From an uncultured Sphingomonadaceae bacterium (GTDB taxonomy: Bacteria > Pseudomonadota > Alphaproteobacteria > Sphingomonadales > Sphingomonadaceae): DNA of 34,684 bases. Where the stretch lies: the NCBI GenBank assembly GCA_964250685.1, contig CAXUGZ010000001.1:1-34684 (forward strand), given 5' to 3'. A program made the position numbers and the translations under genes. The notes under the pieces were generated by a model. It searched no databases, had not been told where the DNA came from, and worked only from the letters and a program-made list of their open reading frames with translations. Below, piece after piece: positions 18,526 to 26,337 of this stretch. How positions within the stretch are numbered: the first letter of the stretch is position 1; each line of letters starts with the position of its first letter.

Positions 18526-19689
18526 ATGGAGCCGCCGCCAAGGACCGACCTGCTCATCGCCGGCGGAGGACTTGCGGGCGGGCTGATCGCGCTCGCGCTG
18601 GCGGCGAAGCGGCCCGAGGTGGCGGTCACGCTGATCGAGCGGGACGACCGACTCGGCGGCAACCACGTCTGGTCGTTCTTCGACAGCGATCTCGATGCGG
18701 CGGGACGAGCGCTGGTGGCGCCGCTCGTGGGCCATCGCTGGGAGGGATACGACGTCGCGTTTCCGGGCCACCGGCGGACGCTCAGCGGGGGCTATAATTC
18801 GATCGAGTCGGAACGGTTCGACGCGGTGATCCGCGCGACGTTGCGGCCGGGATCGGTGCGCGGCGCATCGCCGGTGGCGGCGATCGACCGGAACGGGTTG
18901 ACGCTGGCCGATCAGAGCCGGATCGCGGCGCATGGCGTGATCGATGCACGCGGCGCGGGCGATGCGACGGCGCTCGAGCTCGGCTGGCAGAAATTCGCCG
19001 GGCGGCTGTTGCGGCTCAAGCAGCCGCACGGGCTGACGCGGCCGGTAATCATGGATGCGAGCGTGGCGCAGCTCGACGGCTATCGCTTCGTCTATCTGTT
19101 GCCGTTCGCGCCCGATCTGCTGTTCGTCGAGGACACCTATTATTCGGACCATCCGGCGATCGACGTCGGCGTGCTCGATGCGCGCATCGCGGATTATGCG
19201 GCGGCGCGCGGCTGGGAGGTGGCGGCGGTCGAGCGGGCGGAGGAGGGATCGCTGCCGATCGCGCTGGCGGGCGATTTCGATCGGTTCTGGCCGGACGCCC
19301 CCGATGGGGTGGCGCGCGTCGGCATGGCGGCCGGGCTGTTCCACCCGATGACCGGCTATTCGCTGCCCGATGCGGTGCGGACGGCGACACTCATCGCCGC
19401 GCTGCCCGATCTGTCGTCGGCATCGCTCGCGCGCGTGCTGCGCCAAGACGCCGCCGCCGCCTGGCGCGCGCGCGGCTATTACCGCCTGCTCGCGCGATTG
19501 TTGTTTCGCGCGGGACGACCCGAGCTTCGCTATCGGATATTGGAGCGATTCTACCGCCTCGACGAAGGACTTATCGTGAGATTGTATTCGGCTCGCTCGA
19601 CCGTGTTCGACAAGATGCGTACCCTGGCCGGCAAGCCGCCGGTCCCCTTCTTCAAGGCGGCCGGCATCGTGCTGGCGGGGGAGCGGTGA
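18526..19689 (+). CDS. crtY: Lycopene beta-cyclase
   Basis: IAGGGLAGGL, GGNHVWSF, GWQKF, MDASVAQLDGYRFVY, VEDTYY, FHPMTGYSLP, GKPPVP. Confidence 0.95.
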   Translation: MEPPPRTDLLIAGGGLAGGLIALALAAKRPEVAVTLIERDDRLGGNHVWSFFDSDLDAAGRALVAPLVGHRWEGYDVAFPGHRRTLSGGYNSIESERFDAVIRATLRPGSVRGASPVAAIDRNGLTLADQSRIAAHGVIDARGAGDATALELGWQKFAGRLLRLKQPHGLTRPVIMDASVAQLDGYRFVYLLPFAPDLLFVEDTYYSDHPAIDVGVLDARIADYAAARGWEVAAVERAEEGSLPIALAGDFDRFWPDAPDGVARVGMAAGLFHPMTGYSLPDAVRTATLIAALPDLSSASLARVLRQDAAAAWRARGYYRLLARLLFRAGRPELRYRILERFYRLDEGLIVRLYSARSTVFDKMRTLAGKPPVPFFKAAGIVLAGER

Positions 19690-21167
19690 TGCCGCGCACC
19701 GCCTGTGTGATCGGCGCGGGCTTCGGCGGGCTCGCGCTCGCGATCCGGCTCCAGTCCGCCGGGATCGCCACCACGCTGATCGAGGGACGCGATCGGCCGG
19801 GCGGGCGCGCTTATGTCTGGGAGCGCGAGGGCTTCATCTTCGATGCCGGGCCGACCGTGATCACCGATCCCGCCTGCCTCGCCGAATTGTGGCGCCTGAG
19901 CGGGAACGACATCGCGCAGGACGTGACCTTGATGCCGGTCAGCCCGTTCTATCGCCTCGCCTGGCCCGACGGATCGCGCTTCGACTATTCGAACGACGAG
20001 CCCCAGCTGCGCGCCGAGATCGCGCGGCTCAACCCGGACGACGTCGCCGGCTATGCGCGCTTCCTCGATTATTCGGCGGGCGTGTACCGCGAGGGCTATG
20101 AGAAGCTCGGCGCGGTCGCCTTCCTCGATTTCGGGGCGATGATCCGCGCCGCGCCCGCGCTCGCGCGCTATCAGGCGTGGCGCTCGGTCTATTCGATCGT
20201 GTCGTCGTTCGTGAAGGACGAGCGGCTGCGTCAGGCCCTGTCGTTCCACACCCTGCTGGTGGGGGGCAACCCGATGACCACCAGCGCGATCTACGCGCTG
20301 ATCCACAAGCTGGAGAAAGCGGGCGGCGTATGGTTCGCCAAGGGGGGCACGGGGGCGCTGGTGCGCGGCATGGTGGCGCTGTTCGAGCGGCTCGGCGGCA
20401 CGCTGCGGCTGAGCGATCCGGCGGCGCGGATCGAGACCGCCGGAGCCCGCGTCACGGGGGTGCGCACCGCCAGCGGCTGGCACGGCGCGTTCGACGCGGT
20501 CGCCTCGAACGCGGACATCATGCACAGCTATCGCGACCTGCTCGCCGGCGACGCGCGCGGGCGCAAAGTCGCGCGCAAGCTCGAGCGCAAGCGCTTCTCG
20601 CCTTCGCTGTTCGTGGTCCATTTCGGCGTGCGCGGCAGCTGGGCAGGCATCCCGCACCACATGATCCTGTTCGGTCCGCGCTATGACGGGCTGCTCAAGG
20701 ACATCTACGATCACGGCGTGCTGCCCGCCGATTTCTCGCTCTACCTCCACCATCCGACCGTCACCGATCCGGGCATGGCACCCGAGGGCTGCTCGACCTT
20801 CTACGCGCTCGCGCCCGTGCCGCATCTGGGCAAGCTGCCGATCGACTGGGCGGCCGAGCAGCAGGCCTATGCCGACCGCATCCTCGACGAGATCGAGCGG
20901 CGGCTGATGCCGGGGCTGAAGGAGCGGATCGTCACGCGCTTCCACTACACGCCGGACGATTTCGCGCGCGATCTGAACGCGCATCTCGGCTCCGCCTTCA
21001 GCCTCGAGCCGATCCTCACCCAGTCGGCCTGGTTTCGCACGCACAACCGCGACGACGTGCTTTCCAACCTCTATTTCGTGGGCGCGGGCACGCATCCCGG
21101 CGCGGGTATCCCCGGCGTGGTCGGATCGGCCAAGGCGACCGCCGCGCTGATGCTGGAGGGCGCGTGA
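19689..21167 (+). CDS. crtI: Phytoene desaturase
   Basis: VIGAGFGGLALAIRL, FDAGPTVITDP, SFHTLLVGGNP, YFVGAGTHPGAGIPGVVGSAKATA. Confidence 0.97.
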   Translation: MPRTACVIGAGFGGLALAIRLQSAGIATTLIEGRDRPGGRAYVWEREGFIFDAGPTVITDPACLAELWRLSGNDIAQDVTLMPVSPFYRLAWPDGSRFDYSNDEPQLRAEIARLNPDDVAGYARFLDYSAGVYREGYEKLGAVAFLDFGAMIRAAPALARYQAWRSVYSIVSSFVKDERLRQALSFHTLLVGGNPMTTSAIYALIHKLEKAGGVWFAKGGTGALVRGMVALFERLGGTLRLSDPAARIETAGARVTGVRTASGWHGAFDAVASNADIMHSYRDLLAGDARGRKVARKLERKRFSPSLFVVHFGVRGSWAGIPHHMILFGPRYDGLLKDIYDHGVLPADFSLYLHHPTVTDPGMAPEGCSTFYALAPVPHLGKLPIDWAAEQQAYADRILDEIERRLMPGLKERIVTRFHYTPDDFARDLNAHLGSAFSLEPILTQSAWFRTHNRDDVLSNLYFVGAGTHPGAGIPGVVGSAKATAALMLEGA

Positions 21168-21170
21168 AGG

Positions 21171-21300
21171 TCCTCTCCAGCGTTTGCTGGGGAGGGGGAC
21201 CGCCCGCGCAGCGGGTGGTGGAGGGAACTCGCGTCACCCGAATTGCCCCTCCACCATCGCTGCGCGATGGTCCCCCTCCGCGAGGAAATCTCGGGGAGGA
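21171..21300. repeat. Composite palindromic intergenic repeat (REP/MITE-like, about 130 bp)
   Basis: Terminal inverted ends TCCTCTCC/GGGGAGGA; internal inverted pairs GGAGGGGGACC/GGTCCCCCTCC and TGGTGGAGGG/CCCTCCACCA. Confidence 0.8.
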
Positions 21301-21306
21301 ACTCGG

Positions 21307-21888
21307 GTGAGGCGTCTCGCCATCTATTGCGGGTCCGCCACGCCCCCCGATCCGCGCTTCATGGCGTGCGCGCGCGAGGTGGGCCGAACGCTCGCCGAGC
21401 GCGGGATCGGAATCGTCTATGGCGGCGGCAGGCTGGGGCTGATGGGGGCGGTGGCGGATGCCGCGCTGGCGGGCGGGGGGGAGGTGATCGGCGTGATCCC
21501 GCGGGCGCTGGTCGAGCTCGAGGTGGCGCATCACGGCCTCACCGAGCTGCACGTCGTCGCGACGATGCACCAGCGCAAGCAGCTCTTCACCGATCTGGCC
21601 GACGGCTTCGTCACGCTGCCCGGCGGCACGGGCACGATGGACGAATTATGGGAGGCGCTCAGCTGGGCGCAGCTCGGCTACCATGCCAAGCCGGTCGGGC
21701 TGCTCAACGTCGCGGGCTATTATGACGGGCTGATCGCATTCGCGGCGACGATGGCCGCGACCGGCTTCCTCCGCGCGCAGCATCGCGATCTGCTGATCGT
21801 GGGCGACACGCTCGACGCGCTGCTCGCGGCGATGGCGGCTTATGTGCCGGGCCGCCCGATCGTGGCGATGGACGCGGGCGAGCTGTGA
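21307..21888 (+). CDS. LOG-family (TIGR00730) nucleotide phosphoribohydrolase
   Basis: IYCGS, VYGGGRLGLMG, MHQRK, PGGTGTMDE. Confidence 0.92.
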   Translation: MRRLAIYCGSATPPDPRFMACAREVGRTLAERGIGIVYGGGRLGLMGAVADAALAGGGEVIGVIPRALVELEVAHHGLTELHVVATMHQRKQLFTDLADGFVTLPGGTGTMDELWEALSWAQLGYHAKPVGLLNVAGYYDGLIAFAATMAATGFLRAQHRDLLIVGDTLDALLAAMAAYVPGRPIVAMDAGEL

Positions 21889-21898
21889 GCGCCTGCTC

Positions 21899-22831
21899 GT
21901 GACCGGCCGCGCCGCGCTCGTGGCGCACGCGCGCGACAGCATCGCGCGCGGCTCCAAATCGTTCCGCCTCGCCTCCGCTCTGTTCGATCGCGCGACGCGC
22001 GAGCGCGCGTGGTTGCTCTACGCCTGGTGCCGCGCGTGCGACGATCTCGCCGATGGGCAGGAGATGGGGCATGGCATGCGTCCGGTCGCCGATCCGCATG
22101 CGCGCCTGGCGACGATCCGCGCGCGCACCGCCGCCGCGCTGGCGGGCGAGGCGACGGGCGACCCCGCGTTCGACGGGCTCGGCCTGGTGGCGCGCGAAGC
22201 CCGTATTCCCACGGCGCTGGTGGACGATCTGATCGAGGGCTTCGCGCTCGACGCGGCCGGGTGGCGGCCCGCCGACGAGGCCGATCTCTATCGGTATTGC
22301 TACCATGTCGCGGGCGTGGTCGGGGGGATGATGGCGCTGGTGATGGGGGTCGATCCCGCCGATCGCGCGACGCTGGAGCGCGCGTGCGATCTCGGCATCG
22401 CGTTCCAGCTCGCCAACATCGCGCGCGATATCGCCGAGGACGATGCGGCCGGGCGCTGCTACCTTCCCGCGCAGTGGCTCGACGAGCTTGGGCTCGAGCG
22501 CGGCGGGCTCGCCGATCGTGAGGCGCGCGCGCGCGTCGCCGTCCTCGCCCGCCGCCTCGCCGAGCGCGCGGCGTCGTTCGAGGCGAGCGCGCGCGTCGGC
22601 GCCGCCGCTTTGCGCTTCCGCGCGGCATGGGCGGTGCTTGCCGCCGCCGGCATCTATGGCGGCATCGCGCGCGCGGTCGCGCAGCGCGGCGCGCGCGCGT
22701 GGGACGAGCGGGTCGCCACCTCCACGCTGGACAAGCTCGGCTGGGTGGCGCGCGCCGGCTGGCAGGCCGCACGCCGCCGCTCCCGCGCGCGCCCGGCGCG
22801 CCCGGCGGTGCTGTGGCGCCCGGCGCGGTGA
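21899..22831 (+). CDS. crtB: Phytoene synthase
   Basis: GSKSFRLAS, YAWCRACDDLAD, YCYHVAGVVG, LGIAFQLANIARDIAED, GRCYLP. Confidence 0.95.
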   Translation: MTGRAALVAHARDSIARGSKSFRLASALFDRATRERAWLLYAWCRACDDLADGQEMGHGMRPVADPHARLATIRARTAAALAGEATGDPAFDGLGLVAREARIPTALVDDLIEGFALDAAGWRPADEADLYRYCYHVAGVVGGMMALVMGVDPADRATLERACDLGIAFQLANIARDIAEDDAAGRCYLPAQWLDELGLERGGLADREARARVAVLARRLAERAASFEASARVGAAALRFRAAWAVLAAAGIYGGIARAVAQRGARAWDERVATSTLDKLGWVARAGWQAARRRSRARPARPAVLWRPAR

Positions 22832-22930
22832 CTTCTGCCCTGCCCGACCGCATGAGCGCCAACCGCCGAAATCGTTGCGGCACGCCAAAAGCTAATCGCG
22901 ATCAACAAACGCCGGAGCGCGATCTGGCAC

Positions 22931-23710
22931 GTGGCGCTTGTCCGCCCGCGGCCGGGGCCGAGACAGGATGGGGAGCCTACCGCGCTGGACGATCATGATA
23001 CCTTCGGGAAGCTGATCGCCAAGCTCGACCGGATGGCGACTTTGGACGCGGAGGATCGCCGCGCCATCGCGGATTTGCCGTTCAGGGTCGGCAAGGTGCC
23101 CTCGGGCCATTATCTGGTGCGCGAGGGCGACAGCCCCTCGTCCTGCTGCGTGCTGCTCGACGGCTATGCCTGCCGCCACAAGACCACCGGCGCGGGCGGG
23201 CGGCAGATCCTCTCGTTCCACCTTCCGGGCGACCTGCTCGATCTGCAGCATGTGCTGCTGCCGCGCGCCGACCACAATGTCGAGACGATCACCCCGGCGA
23301 CGATCGCGACCGTGCCGGCGGCGGCATTGCTGCGGCTGAGCAAGGAGCGGCCCATGGTGGGCGAGGCGCTGTGGCGCGACTCGCTGATCGACGCCTCGAT
23401 CTTCCGCGAATGGGTGCTCAACGTCGGCCGCCGCGACGCCAAGGGGCGCATCGCGCACATGCTGTGCGAGTTCGCGGTGCGGCGCGAGAAGGCCGGGCTC
23501 GGCGCGCCCGAACGATTCGAGCTGCCGATGACGCAGGCCGAGATCGCCGACGCGACCGGACTCACCTCGATCCACGTCAACCGCATGCTCCAGGCACTCG
23601 CCGAGGACGGCGCGATCGCGCGCACGCGGCGCCTGATCGAGATCACCGATTGGGAGCGCCTGCGCCGCATCGCCGACTTCCATGCGGCCTATCTGCACGC
23701 GGCGGCATGA
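22931..23710 (+). CDS. Crp/Fnr-family transcriptional regulator
   Basis: cNMP-like domain (REGD, GGRQILSFHLPGD) and HTH LPMTQAEIADATGLTSIHVNRML. Start codon uncertain. Confidence 0.9.
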   Translation: MALVRPRPGPRQDGEPTALDDHDTFGKLIAKLDRMATLDAEDRRAIADLPFRVGKVPSGHYLVREGDSPSSCCVLLDGYACRHKTTGAGGRQILSFHLPGDLLDLQHVLLPRADHNVETITPATIATVPAAALLRLSKERPMVGEALWRDSLIDASIFREWVLNVGRRDAKGRIAHMLCEFAVRREKAGLGAPERFELPMTQAEIADATGLTSIHVNRMLQALAEDGAIARTRRLIEITDWERLRRIADFHAAYLHAAA

Positions 23711-23768
23711 CGACGACGCTCACGAACCGGCCGGCCGTTGGTTCGTGGAGGCTTGGTTCGGATCGATC

Positions 23769-26150
23769 TCAGCCGACCGCCAGGCGGGCGCCGGTCTGCT
23801 CGCGCGCCGGCATCTTCACCGCGCGATCGGGGGGCGCGATGGCCGTCGCGAACACCCGCCGGTACGTGGCGAGCGCCTGCCCGACGACTTGATCCATGTT
23901 ATAGTAGCGATAGGTCGCGAGCCGCCCGACAAACACCACTTGGCGCTCCGCCAGTGCGAGCGCCTCGTAGCGCTTGAACAGCGCCTGATTCTCGTCGCGC
24001 GGGATCGGATAATAGGGATCGCCCTCGGCGGCGGGATATTCATAGGTGATGCTGGTCTTGGGTGAGACCTGCCCGGTCAGGTGCTTGTATTCGGTCACGC
24101 GCGTATAGGGCACGTCCTCGGACGGATAGTTCACCACCGCCACGTCCTGGAACCGTTCGCGATCCACGATCTCGTGGCGGAAGCGCAGCGACCGGTAGGG
24201 AAGCTTGCCGAACCGGAAATCGAAATATTCGTCGATCGGCCCGGTGAACACGAGCTGGTCGTGCGGATACGCTTCGCGCGCCTCGAGGTAATCGACCCCC
24301 AGCAGCAGATCGATGTTGGGATGGTCGAGCATCCGCTCGAACATGCGCGTATACCCTTCGGCCGGCATCGCCTGGAAGCTGTCGGTGAAGTAGCGGTCGT
24401 CGGTGCTCGCGCGCGTCGGCACGCGCGAGGTGACCGATTTGTCGAGCTCGGACGGGTCCATGCCCCATTGCTTGCGGGTGTAGCCGCGGAAGAACTTCTC
24501 GTAGAGCTCGCGGCCGATCGCCGAGACGACGACGTCGGCCGAGGTGCGGATCGTCTCGACCGGCTCGGCGCGCGAGGCAAGGAAGGCGGCGGCTTGCGCG
24601 TCGGTCGTCATGTCGAGACCGTACAGCGCGTTCAGCGTCGTGCGGTTGATCGGCATCGGCACCAATTTGCCGTCGACCTCGGCCAGCACGCGGTGCTCAT
24701 ACGGCCGCCACGCGGTGAAGCGCGACAGATAATCGACGATATCCTGGCTGTTGGTGTGGAAGATGTGCGGACCATATTGGTGGATCAGCACGCCGGCGGC
24801 GTCGATGTGGTCGAACGCGTTGCCCGCGACGTGCGGCCGGCGATCGACCACCAGCACGCGCTTGCCCGCATCCGCCGCCAGCCGTTCCGCCATGACCGCG
24901 CCAGCGAAGCCGGCGCCGACCACCATCACGTCATAGCGTTTCGCCCGCTCGGCCGGCCACATCGTCGGCGAGACGATCGGCTGGACGTGGCCCGCGCGGA
25001 CGAGCGTCTCGGCGATCAGGCCGTCCATCTGCCGGAACGTCCGGTCCCAGGACGAATCGGCGAGCGCGGCATCGCTCTGCTCCAGCCAATCCTCGCCCCG
25101 CGCGGCCAGCGCCGCCGTGCACGCGGCGATGAACTCTTCGTGCGTGCCCGCGATCCGGACCCCCGCCAGCGCGCCATAATGGCGGACCACGTCGGTGATC
25201 GGCGTCGATACGACCGGACAGCCCGCGGCCAGATATTCGGGCGTCTTGGTCGGGCTGATGAAGCGCGTCGCGTCGTTGATCGCGAACGGCATCAGCGCCA
25301 CGTCCCACCCGCGCAGGTAGTCGGGCAGCTCGGCGTAGCTCTTGGCGCCCAGATAATGGATGTTGGGGCGGCGCGGCAGATCGTCGGGACTGATCTTGAC
25401 CACCGGCCCGACGATGACGAGCGCGCAATCGGGCCGCGCATCCGCGAGCGCGGTCAGCAGCGCCAGGTCCATCCGTTCGTCGACCACGCCGTAGAAGCCC
25501 AGGCGCGGACGGGGAAGGTCGGCCTGGTCCGCCGGATCGGCGCCCGCCTCGCGCGCGCGCGCGAAATGGGCGACGTCGACGCTGGACGGGAACGGGTAGA
25601 TGCGCGGATGGGCGCCGCGCTTCGCCTCGTACAGACTGTGGCCGCCAGTGAAGACGAGATCGGCCTCCGCCAGCAATTCGCGCTCCAGCGGGATCAGTTC
25701 GGCGGGCGCATCCTTGAAGTTCGCCAGCTCGTCCATGCAGTCATAGACGGTGCATTCGGCGGGCAGGTGGCGCGAGAAGGGCAGCATCATCGGGGTGTAA
25801 TACCAGCGCACCAGCCGCGTCTCGAGCGTCCCGAGGAACGTGTCCAGCAGGCGGCGCAGCGTATCGTCGGGCGCCTCCGCATCCGCGGGCAGCTCGGGCG
25901 TGGCGACGATCACGCCGCTGTCGGGGCAGGTCCGGACGTCGAGCCGCGCAGCGGAGATGGTCTCGACGACGCGCGGTTCTTCCCAGAACAGCACGCGATT
26001 GGTCCGCGCGAAGCGGCTCATCAGATGCTGGGGCCGCTGGAACACGAATGCCCACCGCAGGTGGCTGAAGCAGATTATGGTCGTGCCATGCACGCCCGTC
26101 CCGTCCGTCGGGTCGATCGCCGAAACCCCCGTTTTCGGAAAATGCCTCAT
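23769..26150 (-). CDS. glf: Fusion of a GT-B glycosyltransferase and UDP-galactopyranose mutase
   Basis: N-half FSHLRWAFVFQRPQHLM, VYDCMDEL, GFYGVVDERMD, ISPTKTPEYLAAG; C-half VVGAGFAG, YGPHIFHT, YTRKQWG, PYTRVTEYKH, PYYP, GRLATYRYYNMDQ; single uninterrupted frame. Confidence 0.92.
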   Translation of the reverse strand: MRHFPKTGVSAIDPTDGTGVHGTTIICFSHLRWAFVFQRPQHLMSRFARTNRVLFWEEPRVVETISAARLDVRTCPDSGVIVATPELPADAEAPDDTLRRLLDTFLGTLETRLVRWYYTPMMLPFSRHLPAECTVYDCMDELANFKDAPAELIPLERELLAEADLVFTGGHSLYEAKRGAHPRIYPFPSSVDVAHFARAREAGADPADQADLPRPRLGFYGVVDERMDLALLTALADARPDCALVIVGPVVKISPDDLPRRPNIHYLGAKSYAELPDYLRGWDVALMPFAINDATRFISPTKTPEYLAAGCPVVSTPITDVVRHYGALAGVRIAGTHEEFIAACTAALAARGEDWLEQSDAALADSSWDRTFRQMDGLIAETLVRAGHVQPIVSPTMWPAERAKRYDVMVVGAGFAGAVMAERLAADAGKRVLVVDRRPHVAGNAFDHIDAAGVLIHQYGPHIFHTNSQDIVDYLSRFTAWRPYEHRVLAEVDGKLVPMPINRTTLNALYGLDMTTDAQAAAFLASRAEPVETIRTSADVVVSAIGRELYEKFFRGYTRKQWGMDPSELDKSVTSRVPTRASTDDRYFTDSFQAMPAEGYTRMFERMLDHPNIDLLLGVDYLEAREAYPHDQLVFTGPIDEYFDFRFGKLPYRSLRFRHEIVDRERFQDVAVVNYPSEDVPYTRVTEYKHLTGQVSPKTSITYEYPAAEGDPYYPIPRDENQALFKRYEALALAERQVVFVGRLATYRYYNMDQVVGQALATYRRVFATAIAPPDRAVKMPAREQTGARLAVG

Positions 26151-26190
26151 AAGTTAATCTTGCTCCCGGATGAACCACCAGCGTAAGATG

Positions 26191-26216
26191 AACGTGGTCC
26201 GTCGCGCCGGAGTTCC
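26191..26216 (-). promoter_or_regulatory. EcfG promoter for the GT-glf fusion
   Basis: GGAAC-tccggcgcgacggacca(17)-CGTT, 40 nt upstream of the ATG. Confidence 0.75.
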
Positions 26217-26249
26217 ACCGGCACACGCGCCTAAGCCACGAAAAATTTG

Positions 26250-26269
26250 GCCTTAAACCAGGTTAAGGC
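26250..26269. promoter_or_regulatory. Palindromic operator candidate
   Basis: GCCTTAA-N6-TTAAGGC with A/T-tract flanks in the divergent intergenic region. Confidence 0.5.
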
Positions 26270-26337
26270 GATTTTGCCGGTCCGTTGCTTGTTCCACGCG
26301 TTACCGTCTTTCAGCAACGCAGCGGCGGGGGCGAAGG

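Noticed and set aside
22925-22941. TGGCACG...TTGT as a sigma54 promoter for the Crp gene
   Set aside because: Spacing is 2 nt too long and the -12 GC is missing.
26253-26266. TTAA-N6-TTAA (and TTAA-N4-TTAA near 10190) as CtrA boxes
   Set aside because: CtrA needs TTAA-N7-TTAA; the spacing does not fit.
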